Source: a virus (Duplodnaviria > Caudoviricetes). From it: a DNA stretch of 64,000 bases. Under the pieces are notes generated by a model. The model searched no databases, was not told the DNA's origin, and saw only the letters and a list, made by a program, of their open reading frames with translations. The position numbers were made by a program, and so were the translations under genes. Where the stretch lies: positions 8,027-72,026 of the IMG/VR virus record IMGVR_UViG_3300017913_001553. The stretch is one strand, 5' to 3'. Shown here in pieces: positions 10,369 through 20,040 of this stretch. Each line of letters begins with the position of its first letter. The first letter of the stretch is position 1.

Positions 10369-11435
10369 TATTCAAAATCACTCTTTGGTTTGATAACTTG
10401 TGACAATGGTTGGCGTTCTGGGAATTCTTGATTGTCAATAACTGTTGTATTTTCGTTATTTACAAACTGACCAGCATTGTATGTTTTGTCTGCCCATTCA
10501 TTGTTTTCAATATTATCGTATAATCTATGCCAACGTGAACCACGAAATACAAAAAGTCTATTTGGGTTAAAATCTGTTCTTACAAAATATGTACCGTCAT
10601 TTGGTTGTTGTGGGAATTGATCACCACTTTCTAGTGTTTCACCATGGTCATATTCTTCTTTGGGTGTATCTTCCCCAAAAAGATGATCTATAAGTGGAAT
10701 TCCTAGTGGATCATTATCTTCTGCACTTTTGATAATCGCATTTGAAATGTCCATTTCTGTTCTGTAAGAACTAATATCATTTTTAAGTGAATTTTCATCA
10801 CTTGCTGTACCTAAAATATCTGCGTATTCTTGTGTATCTGTTAGTGGTGCTACTTTTACTCTCCAAATATGAGGATACCATGTTTGTGAGAAACCTTCAC
10901 TGCCCCTAGCAGCATCTTGAACAACATAAAATTTGTTTACGGCATCTCTTTCTGCATTTAGTAGTAGTTCATCTCTTAAATGTGGTAATTCAAGTACATC
11001 ACCTGGCATTAGTTTTCTATTTAATCTCTCTACCATATCATTGATATGGAATGTAATGAATAGTGTATCATTTGTAAGAAATAGACCAAACTGTGTTAGG
11101 TCAAAATCATTGTCACTTACATTGTATACACCACGTAATTCATATACATCGCTATCGTATTTACGATCACGATTTTCCATAAACAATAAGTCTTGGATTT
11201 TCGTTTCGTCGATCAGTGAATCAGGATTAATTTCTTCGCCTGATACAAAATCTGTTTGTTGACCACTGCCATAGTTAGGTTCACTTGCGTCTCCACTATC
11301 TACAATCGACTTTGGACCGATATATTTGTGTACATGGACTGCGGTTCCACCAATAAGAAACTGTTCACGAATATTCCTATCCATGAATTTGTAATCATTT
11401 CCTTTGTTTGGTTTGTATAAACTTAATCTTGGCAT
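10368..11435 (-). CDS. gp14: neck protein (T4 gp14-like)
   Basis: FDLTQFGLFL...FITFHINDM...LMPGDVLELPH pattern; adjacent to gp15; start MPRLSLY at 11435 follows a CTAAATAC late-type element. Confidence 0.65.
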   Translation of the reverse strand: MPRLSLYKPNKGNDYKFMDRNIREQFLIGGTAVHVHKYIGPKSIVDSGDASEPNYGSGQQTDFVSGEEINPDSLIDETKIQDLLFMENRDRKYDSDVYELRGVYNVSDNDFDLTQFGLFLTNDTLFITFHINDMVERLNRKLMPGDVLELPHLRDELLLNAERDAVNKFYVVQDAARGSEGFSQTWYPHIWRVKVAPLTDTQEYADILGTASDENSLKNDISSYRTEMDISNAIIKSAEDNDPLGIPLIDHLFGEDTPKEEYDHGETLESGDQFPQQPNDGTYFVRTDFNPNRLFVFRGSRWHRLYDNIENNEWADKTYNAGQFVNNENTTVIDNQEFPERQPLSQVIKPKSDFE

Positions 11436-11539
11436 AAAAAACCCCTTTATTGTAGTATTTAGTCTAAAAACAAAGGATTTGACAAATAGTTTGATATATA
11501 ATACTATCAAAATGGAAAAAACGAATCAGAGGTACGAGA

Positions 11540-12787
11540 ATGTCTAGAAAAACAGTAAAAATACCAAAAAAGAGCGCAAAATCGCGTGTAAATCGAAAGC
11601 TTGGTTTTGAAGAACCATCTTTTGATGGGTATGAGCGTTGGAATGGCGAAAAGTATCACCGATTTGTAGAAAAATACAAATGGATGTACTATTCACAATC
11701 TAATACAAAAGAATTTGTAGGATTCATTGTAGAATGGATGCAAGAGCATCAGTATTCAAAGTCTGATATTAGTATTGTTATGCGTTCAAAGCATATTTCT
11801 GATAATACAGCAATTCTTTGTCGTTTAAGAACACTTGGTATGCCCTCTTTCAATAAAAAGCAAGATGAATATTGGCAGAGTTTGCCAGGAACTTCTGGCG
11901 GTATGTCAGATGTTGATGAACGTATCAAGAATCATATTTCTGATCTTGTTAATAGAAATAATGTTGTTGAGACAGTAGAAAAACCAAAAACTACCAATAA
12001 ACCATCTATTCAAGAGAACATAAAAGCAAAGGCATACTCTATGGCAGAGTGTGTTGAAAAGGTTTTAGATGAATATACAAAAAACCCTGTTCAAAAGAAG
12101 TTTAAATCATTTGATCCATTAAAAGAATTCAAGCGTTTGATGGTAAAGGCAACACATGCGCGACATATTCGTGAATTTTATCGTGAAGAATATGAAGAAA
12201 TAAAAAAGTTAATGAGTATGCCTACTTCTACTGAATTGAAAAAGATGAATGCCCAAGAAAAAGATGATTGGCAACAATTGGCAGAGGGATATTCTCATAT
12301 GAGTAATAGGGAAGTAAAAGTTTACTTTGATTTCTTCACAAAACTTATGGATGCTCTTGATCAAATTGAAGAAGAAACAAAGGCACACCGTAAACCACGT
12401 AAAGTAAAACCAAAACCACCTTCGAAGTTGGTTGAAAAATTAAAGTATCTCGAAAAATCAGACGAATATGGTGTTGAAAGTGTTAATCCAGAAAAAATCA
12501 TTGGTGCAATGGGGATTTTGGTGTTTAACTGTAAGAACAGAAAGTTAGGTTTTTATATTTCTAAAGGAGACAGTGGTCTTAGTGTTAGAGGAACGACTAT
12601 TATTGGATTTGATGAAAAGAATAGTGTTCAAAAAACAGTTAGAAAACCAAAAGATGTGATTAAAAAGATTGCAAAGGCAACAAAGTCACGTTCTGTAAAT
12701 CAATTTAAAGATTTAACAACCACAGAAACTAAAATGAATGGTAGGATAAATGGTGATACTGTTATTTTGGCAATCTATAGTAAATGA
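11540..12787 (+). CDS. conserved T4-like phage hypothetical protein
   Basis: C-terminal FNCKNRKLG...GLSVRGTTIIGFDEKNSVQKTVRKP motif, recognised from uncharacterised T4-like phage proteins; sigma70-like promoter upstream (TTGACA 11479). Confidence 0.55.
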   Translation: MSRKTVKIPKKSAKSRVNRKLGFEEPSFDGYERWNGEKYHRFVEKYKWMYYSQSNTKEFVGFIVEWMQEHQYSKSDISIVMRSKHISDNTAILCRLRTLGMPSFNKKQDEYWQSLPGTSGGMSDVDERIKNHISDLVNRNNVVETVEKPKTTNKPSIQENIKAKAYSMAECVEKVLDEYTKNPVQKKFKSFDPLKEFKRLMVKATHARHIREFYREEYEEIKKLMSMPTSTELKKMNAQEKDDWQQLAEGYSHMSNREVKVYFDFFTKLMDALDQIEEETKAHRKPRKVKPKPPSKLVEKLKYLEKSDEYGVESVNPEKIIGAMGILVFNCKNRKLGFYISKGDSGLSVRGTTIIGFDEKNSVQKTVRKPKDVIKKIAKATKSRSVNQFKDLTTTETKMNGRINGDTVILAIYSK

Positions 12788-13092
12788 TTTCCAGAAGTAC
12801 AGTTTTCTACACAAACTGGGCTTGGGTTATTTTCCCATCCATCGTAAAATGTATATTCTGTAAATAGTTTGTCTTTTATAATATCATTAAATTTATGTTT
12901 TTTAAGATCATTCCAATCTGGGTGATCTTTATTTTTATTATTGAACATATTATCGGTAATTGTTATATTTTCTTTCGGCATGATTGGTTTGTATATTTGA
13001 CTAAAATAGCAACAAGGCCAGACTTTAAGATATTCATCAATATAATATATTCTTTTTTTATCTGAATGAACTTCGCAGTATATTTTTTTCAT
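12775..13092 (-). CDS. stand-alone SPASM/twitch Fe-S domain protein
   Basis: YIDEYLKVWPCC...W.DL...F.DII...W...P.PVCVENC; ATG overlaps the TGA of the radical SAM gene (ATGA). Confidence 0.75.
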   Translation of the reverse strand: MKKIYCEVHSDKKRIYYIDEYLKVWPCCYFSQIYKPIMPKENITITDNMFNNKNKDHPDWNDLKKHKFNDIIKDKLFTEYTFYDGWENNPSPVCVENCTSGNHLL

Positions 13093-13724
13093 CCCCATAA
13101 TAATCCTCTAATATAGTTTAAATCTTTTAACACATTTTCTTTATTATGGTCTGAAATTAGTCCCCAATGTCTATCATTGAATTTATATTTAAAAGGAATT
13201 CTGTGTAAAATAGCATATCCAAATGCTTTGAACAATTGATGGTGATTCCATTCAAAAATTATAAAACTCCAAAACCCACGTCCATCATTTTCAAACCAAG
13301 TGTTCATGTTTTTCCATGCTTTTTCAAAATTTACGTTTTCTCTGTATTTTTCATTTGTATCTGCGTCTAAACCATCTATCCCCCATTGGATTAGGACATT
13401 TTTATTAGAGGCATGTTTCTTATAAAAAGATTCATTTCTTAATCCACCATTTGTGTGAATTTCTACAATGAACTTATTTGTTATAATATCTATTATTTGA
13501 TCAATATGTGGATGCATCATAGGATCACCATATTCACCACACAACACAATAAAGTCTATGACATCTTCATCTAAATTTTCTACAATTGATTTTATATCAT
13601 CTACATCTACGTGGTGAACTACCAGCCAATCTACAGTTTTTCCTGTTTCTGGATCAGTTCTAAGACATGATCTACAAGATGCTTGGCAATGTGTGGTTAT
13701 TTCTATTTCTACAGCGTTTTTCAT
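13089..13724 (-). CDS. radical SAM enzyme (catalytic domain only)
   Basis: EITTHCQASCRSC CxxxCxxC, CGEYGDP, IHTNGG and WGIDG motifs. Confidence 0.85.
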   Translation of the reverse strand: MKNAVEIEITTHCQASCRSCLRTDPETGKTVDWLVVHHVDVDDIKSIVENLDEDVIDFIVLCGEYGDPMMHPHIDQIIDIITNKFIVEIHTNGGLRNESFYKKHASNKNVLIQWGIDGLDADTNEKYRENVNFEKAWKNMNTWFENDGRGFWSFIIFEWNHHQLFKAFGYAILHRIPFKYKFNDRHWGLISDHNKENVLKDLNYIRGLLWG

Positions 13725-13732
13725 TATGGTAA

Positions 13733-13744
13733 TATTTATAAATA
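13733..13744. promoter_or_regulatory. palindromic back-to-back T4-type late promoters
   Basis: TATTTATAAATA contains TATAAATA on both strands, between divergent genes. Confidence 0.7.
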
Positions 13745-13764
13745 CTATATAAGGAGACTTTGGC

Positions 13765-14502
13765 ATGAGTGTAAAAAATGATCTAATTAAAGAAATGGAA
13801 TTACGTCTTGGTGGCGGTATGGTTGATGTTGAACTTGACCCAGAGCATTATGAGTTGGCGATTAGTAAAGCATTGGCAAAATATAGACAACGAGCAGAAA
13901 ATGCAGTTGAAGAAAGTTTTGTATTCCTACAATTATTGCCAGATATTAATGAATATACACTGCCAAAGGAAATTATCGAAGTAACAGATATTTACAGACG
14001 TACTACTGGTGTAAGCAGTGGCACAGGTAATGATATTGAACCATTCCAAGCAGCATTTATGAACACATATCTACTAGGATCAAGTCGTAATGGTGGATTG
14101 GCAACATTCGATTTTTTACAACAAAATCGTGAAACGATGGGTAGACTATTTGGTGCCGAAATTATCTTTACGTGGAGAAAACAAGATCATAAGTTACTTT
14201 TACACAGAAAAATTAAAGCAGAAGATAATTGTATGCTAAAAGTTTACAATTATAGGCCAGATGATAACCTTATTGAAGATCAGTATGCAGGTCCGTGGTT
14301 GAAAGATTATGCGTTTGCTCATGCTAGACTAATGTTGGCAGAAGCGCGTGGTAAGTTTTCACAAATCGCTGGTCCACAAGGTGGAACAACAATGAATGCT
14401 GATCAGTTGCGCACAGATGCCCAACAAGATTTGGATAAATTGGAAACAGAGTTAACACTTTACAATGATGGTAGTTCTGGATTAGGGTTCATCATCGGTT
14501 AA
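13765..14502 (+). CDS. gp13: neck protein (T4 gp13-like)
   Basis: LRLGGGMVDVELDPEH...W.KDYA.A...L..ARGKF...GPQGG.TMN pattern; late promoter and GGAG RBS. Confidence 0.8.
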   Translation: MSVKNDLIKEMELRLGGGMVDVELDPEHYELAISKALAKYRQRAENAVEESFVFLQLLPDINEYTLPKEIIEVTDIYRRTTGVSSGTGNDIEPFQAAFMNTYLLGSSRNGGLATFDFLQQNRETMGRLFGAEIIFTWRKQDHKLLLHRKIKAEDNCMLKVYNYRPDDNLIEDQYAGPWLKDYAFAHARLMLAEARGKFSQIAGPQGGTTMNADQLRTDAQQDLDKLETELTLYNDGSSGLGFIIG

Positions 14503-14614
14503 AAACTATATACTTAATTCTATTTGGGGGTGTTTTTGCGAACATTTCACTAAATACTGATAGAATATAGTATTCTATTACATGTAAAAAGAGTATATAA
14601 AGGAGAACTCCAAA

Positions 14615-16975
14615 ATGGCAAATCTAGTTTCACCTGGCGTGAAAGTATCGATCACCGATGAATCAGCATACGGTTCAGCAGGTGCAGGCACAGTTCCAAT
14701 GATTTTTGTGGCAACAGCATCAAATAAAGTTGACCCAACAGGAACTAGTGATATCGCAGAATTCACAAAGCCAGAAAATGCAGGTAAACCAGTTCTAGTT
14801 ACTTCTCAGCGTGAACTAACACAGTACTTCGGTAACGTAGACTTCCGTAAAGTAGGTGGTAGTGTTGTTCAAGGTGATGAAACAAACGAATACGGTTTAT
14901 TGGCAGCATATTCATTCCTAGGTCAGTCAGCAGGCGCATATGTTGTTCGCGCAGACTTTGACCTATCATCAGTACGTCCACTATCAAATGAACCAAAAGG
15001 TCCAGCAGCAGTTGGTACATTCTGGTTCAACCCATCAAACAGTAACTTCGGTATGTTTGAGTACACAGCAGCAGGCTGGGCGGCAGTAACACCAACAGTG
15101 GAAATCACTGCAGGTGGTGCTCCAACAGCAGCAGCAGTTGAGGGCGAATATCTAGTACAAATCGATGTAGACGGTGGCGTTACAAGCGTAAACTATCTAG
15201 TTGGTGACGATAGCCCAGCGTGGATTGCGGCAACAGCAACATTCGCACCACACTACAGTGAACCATCAGCACCATCAGTTGGTGATGTATGGGTTAAAAC
15301 AACACAACCAGGTGGTGGTGTAGATTTTGATATCAGATTGTTCACAGCGGGTGCAGGTGACTTCGTAGCACAAGAAGTACTATACGCACAAGACGCAGCA
15401 CCAACAGGTGTATCATCAGACACATTCCAAGACGGTACAGCAGGTTCAGCACGTTCATTAGCAGAAGGTGATATTTGGTTAGATCAAGAAAATTCATCAC
15501 TAATTATCAAAAAATGGACAGACGATGCGTGGGCAAACTTTGGTACAGACGTACAAGTTTCAGAACCAAAAGGTGACGCAGTAGATGGTACAGTGTGGTT
15601 TGACCCAGATATCAACGAATTGGCAATTTTCGAAGTTGCTAATGATGGTGGTACACAAAAATGGGTTCGTGTAACAGACGTAGCATACACAACATCAGCA
15701 CCAGCAGTAGGTGCAGTAGGCGCATATTGGATCGATACTGACGCAGATGGTTACCCAGTAATCTATCGCTCAAATGGTTCGGCATGGGTACTAAAAGATA
15801 ACGCAGACCAAACAACATCAAACGGTGTGGTATTTGGTGATATTACAGCAAACGACACAGCAAACGGCAGTTTCGTGGCAGCAGAGGATGTACTAGCAGG
15901 CGGTCCAAACCCACTAGTATTCCCAACAGGAACAACAGGTATCAATATGTGTCGTTCAGGCGGTACAGTTCGTATCTATGACGCTTCATTAGGCACAGCA
16001 TGGAAGTGGAGAAATCTGGCACCGGCACAAGCAAATGGTGCAGGTTCATTTGGACGTAAGGCACAACGTGCGGTTGTAGTACAAGCACTACAAGCATCAG
16101 CACTAGCAAGCGAACTACGCCAAGAAACTCTAACATTCCGTCTAATCGCAGCACCTGGTTACCCAGAAATGTTTGATGAGATGACAGCACTAAATGCAGA
16201 TCGTGGTGATTCAGCATTTGTAATCGTAGACGCTCCATTCCGTAAAAATCCAACAGATATTATCACATGGATTGACGGTACAGAAGCAACAGAAAACGGT
16301 GAAGATGGTCTAGTAGGTCGTAACAAATACGCAGCAGCATACTATCCAAGTGTTCTAACAACAGACCCAACAAGTGGCGCAAGTGTAGTTGCTCCAGCAT
16401 CACACGCAGCACTTTATACATATGCTTATAATGACAACGTATCATACCAATGGTTCGCTCCAGCAGGTCTAACACGTGGCGTTGTATCAAACGCATCAAA
16501 TGTTGGTTATCTAAACGACGAGGGTGATTTCGTGGCAGTAGCACTAACACAAGGTTCACGTGACGCAATGTACAACAAGAACCTAAACCCAATCGCACGT
16601 TTCCCAACAGAGGGTATCGTGGTATTCGGTCAGAAGACACTTTCACCAATCGCATCAGCGCAAGATCGTGTAAACGTTTCTCGTCTAGTAGCATATCTAA
16701 ATGAGCGTTTCAACGTAATCGCACGTCCGTTCCTATTTGAACCAAATGATGAGCCAACACGCACAAACGCAAAGGCACTATTTGATGGTTTCATGGGCAA
16801 TATTCTAGCACAGCGCGGCGTATATGACTTCCAAGTTGTATGTGATGAAACAAACAATACACCAGCACGTATTGACAGAAATGAACTATGGATTGATGTA
16901 GCAATCGAACCTACAAAGGGTGCGGAATTCATCTACATTCCAGTTCGTCTTGTGAATACTGGTGAACTATCATAA
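14615..16975 (+). CDS. gp18: tail sheath protein
   Basis: MANLVSPGVKVSITDES N-terminus; WFAPAGLTRG, LNPI..FP.EG.VVFGQKTL, RVNVSRL, FEPNDE.TR and IEPTKGAEFI motifs. Confidence 0.95.
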   Translation: MANLVSPGVKVSITDESAYGSAGAGTVPMIFVATASNKVDPTGTSDIAEFTKPENAGKPVLVTSQRELTQYFGNVDFRKVGGSVVQGDETNEYGLLAAYSFLGQSAGAYVVRADFDLSSVRPLSNEPKGPAAVGTFWFNPSNSNFGMFEYTAAGWAAVTPTVEITAGGAPTAAAVEGEYLVQIDVDGGVTSVNYLVGDDSPAWIAATATFAPHYSEPSAPSVGDVWVKTTQPGGGVDFDIRLFTAGAGDFVAQEVLYAQDAAPTGVSSDTFQDGTAGSARSLAEGDIWLDQENSSLIIKKWTDDAWANFGTDVQVSEPKGDAVDGTVWFDPDINELAIFEVANDGGTQKWVRVTDVAYTTSAPAVGAVGAYWIDTDADGYPVIYRSNGSAWVLKDNADQTTSNGVVFGDITANDTANGSFVAAEDVLAGGPNPLVFPTGTTGINMCRSGGTVRIYDASLGTAWKWRNLAPAQANGAGSFGRKAQRAVVVQALQASALASELRQETLTFRLIAAPGYPEMFDEMTALNADRGDSAFVIVDAPFRKNPTDIITWIDGTEATENGEDGLVGRNKYAAAYYPSVLTTDPTSGASVVAPASHAALYTYAYNDNVSYQWFAPAGLTRGVVSNASNVGYLNDEGDFVAVALTQGSRDAMYNKNLNPIARFPTEGIVVFGQKTLSPIASAQDRVNVSRLVAYLNERFNVIARPFLFEPNDEPTRTNAKALFDGFMGNILAQRGVYDFQVVCDETNNTPARIDRNELWIDVAIEPTKGAEFIYIPVRLVNTGELS

Positions 16976-17002
16976 TACAAATTATGATTTAATTTAAACA
17001 CT

Positions 17003-17039
17003 AATTAAGGACAGATTTAATCTGTCCTTAATTTTTTTA
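17003..17039 (+). terminator. rho-independent terminator
   Basis: Inverted repeat AATTAAGGACAGATT-T-AATCTGTCCTTAATT followed by a T-run. Confidence 0.8.
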
Positions 17040-17048
17040 TGTGTTTTG

Positions 17049-17056
17049 TATAAATA
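17049..17056 (+). promoter_or_regulatory. T4-type late promoter
   Basis: TATAAATA upstream of the tail tube gene. Confidence 0.75.
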
Positions 17057-17091
17057 CATTATATAAGATAATCTAATAAAGGAGATTTAAC

Positions 17092-17682
17092 ATGGCTGTA
17101 ACTACAAACTTTGGTGTACCAACTTCTGACGAAAGTGGTGCAACACTAATGCCAAAACTACAATATCGTTTTCGTGTAACATTTACAGGTTTAGGCGTAG
17201 ACGGTGGTTCAACTTCTTTTGTTACTCGTAATGTTGTGAGTGTAACACGCCCAGCAGTAGATCATGATGATGTAACAATCGATACATATAATTCAAAAAT
17301 TCGTCTAGCAGGCAAGCACATGTGGCAAGACGTTACACTAGTTCTACGCGATGACGTACAAAGTCTAGTGGTAAGTAAACTAAATCAACAAATGCAAGAG
17401 CAGTTAGATCATGAAACGCAGTCATCACCAACTGTTGGCGCAGCATCATATAAATTTGGTATGAAAATCGAAACACTTGATGGTGGAAATGATGGATCAG
17501 AATCAGTTCTAGACACATGGACAATGGCGGGTTGCTTTATTCCAAGTCTACAATTTGGTGATCTAAACTACGCAACAAGTGATGTTGTTCAGGTAACGGC
17601 AACTATTCGTTATGATAACGCATCATATGAAGGTACACTTGTTGGTGATAGCGCAGTAGCAACAACAAAAGACCAAAACTAA
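17092..17682 (+). CDS. gp19: tail tube protein
   Basis: PKLQYRFRVTF...WQDVTLVLRDD...FGDLNY...TIRYD; follows the sheath gene. Confidence 0.85.
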   Translation: MAVTTNFGVPTSDESGATLMPKLQYRFRVTFTGLGVDGGSTSFVTRNVVSVTRPAVDHDDVTIDTYNSKIRLAGKHMWQDVTLVLRDDVQSLVVSKLNQQMQEQLDHETQSSPTVGAASYKFGMKIETLDGGNDGSESVLDTWTMAGCFIPSLQFGDLNYATSDVVQVTATIRYDNASYEGTLVGDSAVATTKDQN

Positions 17683-17698
17683 TTTTTGAGAGTTAAAA

Positions 17699-18325
17699 AT
17701 GTCTTTTTTGTATAAGAACCGCGCGTCTCACGTTTATTTTGGGGGTGAAACTCCATCTAGTGGCACGGCCATGAGCGCAGTTCCAAGAAACAAATTTGAC
17801 TTTCAAGTAGAAGTAAAGTTTTCAGGCTCCTTATCGAGCCTGAAACTTAATAGAATAAGTGAAGTACAGTTACCAAGTCATATTTTTAAAACGGTAGCAT
17901 TAAATCAATATAATAGAAAAAGAATTACAAACGTTGGTGTAGATTATACACCTGTGTATTTTGTGGCATATGATACATATGACAATTTTATCCAAGAACG
18001 TTTACTAAAACCATACGCAGATTACTACTACAAGGGCGTTGGTACATCAACTGGAACAGTAGAAAAAAATTATAGTGATATTGTAAATGAATTTTTTCTT
18101 GGGAATAGTGGAAAAGGGTTAAACATAGTTCCACGTAAAAACTTTATTGAGCAAATTGACATAATTAGAAGTGGAACAACCACATCATTGTTTGCTCCTA
18201 TGATTACAGGCGTTTCAGCAGATACACTATCTTATGATAGTAGTGCTCCTGTACAATACAGAATCGAATTAGCATATGAAGGGTACAATGTTTCTACGTC
18301 TGGTAAACCATTTGACGGAGAATAA
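17699..18325 (+). CDS. tube-fold baseplate/tail initiator protein (gp48/gp54-like)
   Basis: PRNKFDFQVEV...QLPS...YTPV...YD...L.YE parallels the tube fold. Confidence 0.55.
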   Translation: MSFLYKNRASHVYFGGETPSSGTAMSAVPRNKFDFQVEVKFSGSLSSLKLNRISEVQLPSHIFKTVALNQYNRKRITNVGVDYTPVYFVAYDTYDNFIQERLLKPYADYYYKGVGTSTGTVEKNYSDIVNEFFLGNSGKGLNIVPRKNFIEQIDIIRSGTTTSLFAPMITGVSADTLSYDSSAPVQYRIELAYEGYNVSTSGKPFDGE

Positions 18326-18327
18326 AA

Positions 18328-18777
18328 ATGCCAAAATTTCAAAATGGTGAATATGTGCCGCAGAACGCCAACAAGTATGTTGGTAAAAAATTTCCAAGAT
18401 ATCGCAGTGGTTGGGAATTGGCAGTTTTCCGTATGTGCGATAATCATCCATCAGTTATAAAATGGGGCAGTGAAACGCATAGAATTCCATATAAAAATCC
18501 ACTCACTGGAAAAAATACAACATATGTTCCAGATTTACTAATGGTATATCAAGATAAAAATGGAAACAAACATGCTGAAATGGTAGAAATCAAACCAAGT
18601 AAGCAGATGATGGAAAATGCTAAAACACAACATGATAAAATGCACGCAGTTGTAAATGCTGCCAAATGGGAAGCAGCACGTGCTTGGTGTAAAGCAAATG
18701 GATTGGGTTTTCGTGTCATCACAGAAAATCAAATTTTCAATAAACCTCAAAATAGTAAAAGGAGGAAAAAGAGATGA
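18328..18777 (+). CDS. gp4: head completion nuclease (T4 gp4-like, TnsA-type)
   Basis: PQNANKYVG...YRSGWE...W.SE...IPY...Y.PD...EIKP...N.AKWEAA. Confidence 0.9.
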   Translation: MPKFQNGEYVPQNANKYVGKKFPRYRSGWELAVFRMCDNHPSVIKWGSETHRIPYKNPLTGKNTTYVPDLLMVYQDKNGNKHAEMVEIKPSKQMMENAKTQHDKMHAVVNAAKWEAARAWCKANGLGFRVITENQIFNKPQNSKRRKKR

Positions 18778-18995
18778 CACTACCAATAGCATTATTTTTA
18801 AGTGTTTTTGTTGTTGAGACAGAAAGAACTATGTCTACAACATCACAAATGAGATTTGAAACAATCGAAAAGTGTGAAAACTTTATTTTATATATGAGTT
18901 CTGGATATCCATATCATAGAAATGATCAAGGCGCACTTGTATTGACAAATCCAGAAAATGGAAACATTATTACGGCAAGATGTTACGAGGACTAA
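18774..18995 (+). CDS. small hypothetical protein with hydrophobic N-terminus
   Basis: ORF overlaps both neighbours; signal-like N-terminus. Confidence 0.45.
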   Translation: MTLPIALFLSVFVVETERTMSTTSQMRFETIEKCENFILYMSSGYPYHRNDQGALVLTNPENGNIITARCYED

Positions 18996-18996
18996 T

Positions 18997-19536
18997 ATGA
19001 CAAAAAAATTAGAAGAAGAATTTAACTTACCTGATATCGAAGATTTAAAATATGATTTCGAAGAAGAGATTGAAGAAGAACCTGATTTAGATGAACTTAA
19101 AAATCAGATCACGGTTTCACAATCTGAAATGGAGATGAGCAAAAAAGTTGACGCGGCACTTCCAATTGTAGAAGGTATGGAAACTCTTGAACGTGAAATG
19201 GATGAATATGCTGATAAAGCAATGGATGCTTTTCAAGAACTTATTGATCTTGGTAAAAATGTAGAAGATCGACATGTTGCTCCAATTTATGATAGTGCTA
19301 GTAAAATGCTAACAGCAGGATTACAGGCAAAGCAAGCAAAATTGGATAAAAAACTAAAAATGGTAGAACTCCAAATGCGTAAGCAGAACCTTGATATGAA
19401 ACAAAAAGAATTATCGGAAAAATTGAAGTCAAAATATGGTGATGAAGATGCAACAGAAGTCGAGGGTAGAATTGTGGGTGATAGAACACAGATGCTTGCT
19501 GAAATTATGAAAAATATGAAACAAAACGATAAATAA
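18997..19536 (+). CDS. helical protein, possible terminase small subunit
   Basis: GAGG RBS; coiled-coil helical pattern reminiscent of gp16; lies upstream of the large terminase. Confidence 0.4.
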   Translation: MTKKLEEEFNLPDIEDLKYDFEEEIEEEPDLDELKNQITVSQSEMEMSKKVDAALPIVEGMETLEREMDEYADKAMDAFQELIDLGKNVEDRHVAPIYDSASKMLTAGLQAKQAKLDKKLKMVELQMRKQNLDMKQKELSEKLKSKYGDEDATEVEGRIVGDRTQMLAEIMKNMKQNDK

Positions 19537-19557
19537 CTATATTAGGAGATTCATATA

Positions 19558-20040
19558 ATGAAGTCATTTACACAATATTTAACAGAGTCTAAACAATCAT
19601 GGTCTTGGAAGATCAAGATGGCAAAAGAGCCAACTGATCGTGATATGGAGAGAATCGAAAGGCACTTATTAAAGTATGATGTTAAAAAAGTTTCAGCACC
19701 AAAGAAACTTATGCTACAATCATCGCCAGTTGATTTCCCTAATTTACGTGGTTATGAAATCTTTGTAGTAGAATTTGAAACAAACATTCTTGCTAGTGGT
19801 TTTCAAATTCAGATTGAATTACAAGATATGTTAGGTCTAAACGATGGTATCCTTAAAGTAAAGGGTGCGCATGAACCAGATGAAGTTGAGACGAAAGATG
19901 TAGAGAGTATACTGGCAGACGCTGAATACAAGGACGCGGAAAAAGTAAATGGCGAAGATTATTACGGTGATAAGTTCAACAGTGGTTTTGTAAAAGAATT
20001 ACTGAAGCTACGTAAAGATAAGGAGAAAGACGATGAGTGA
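19558..20040 (+). CDS. probable capsid-internal protein
   Basis: MKSFTQYLTES N-terminus with a prohead-protease-type L-x-E site. Confidence 0.45.
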   Translation: MKSFTQYLTESKQSWSWKIKMAKEPTDRDMERIERHLLKYDVKKVSAPKKLMLQSSPVDFPNLRGYEIFVVEFETNILASGFQIQIELQDMLGLNDGILKVKGAHEPDEVETKDVESILADAEYKDAEKVNGEDYYGDKFNSGFVKELLKLRKDKEKDDE

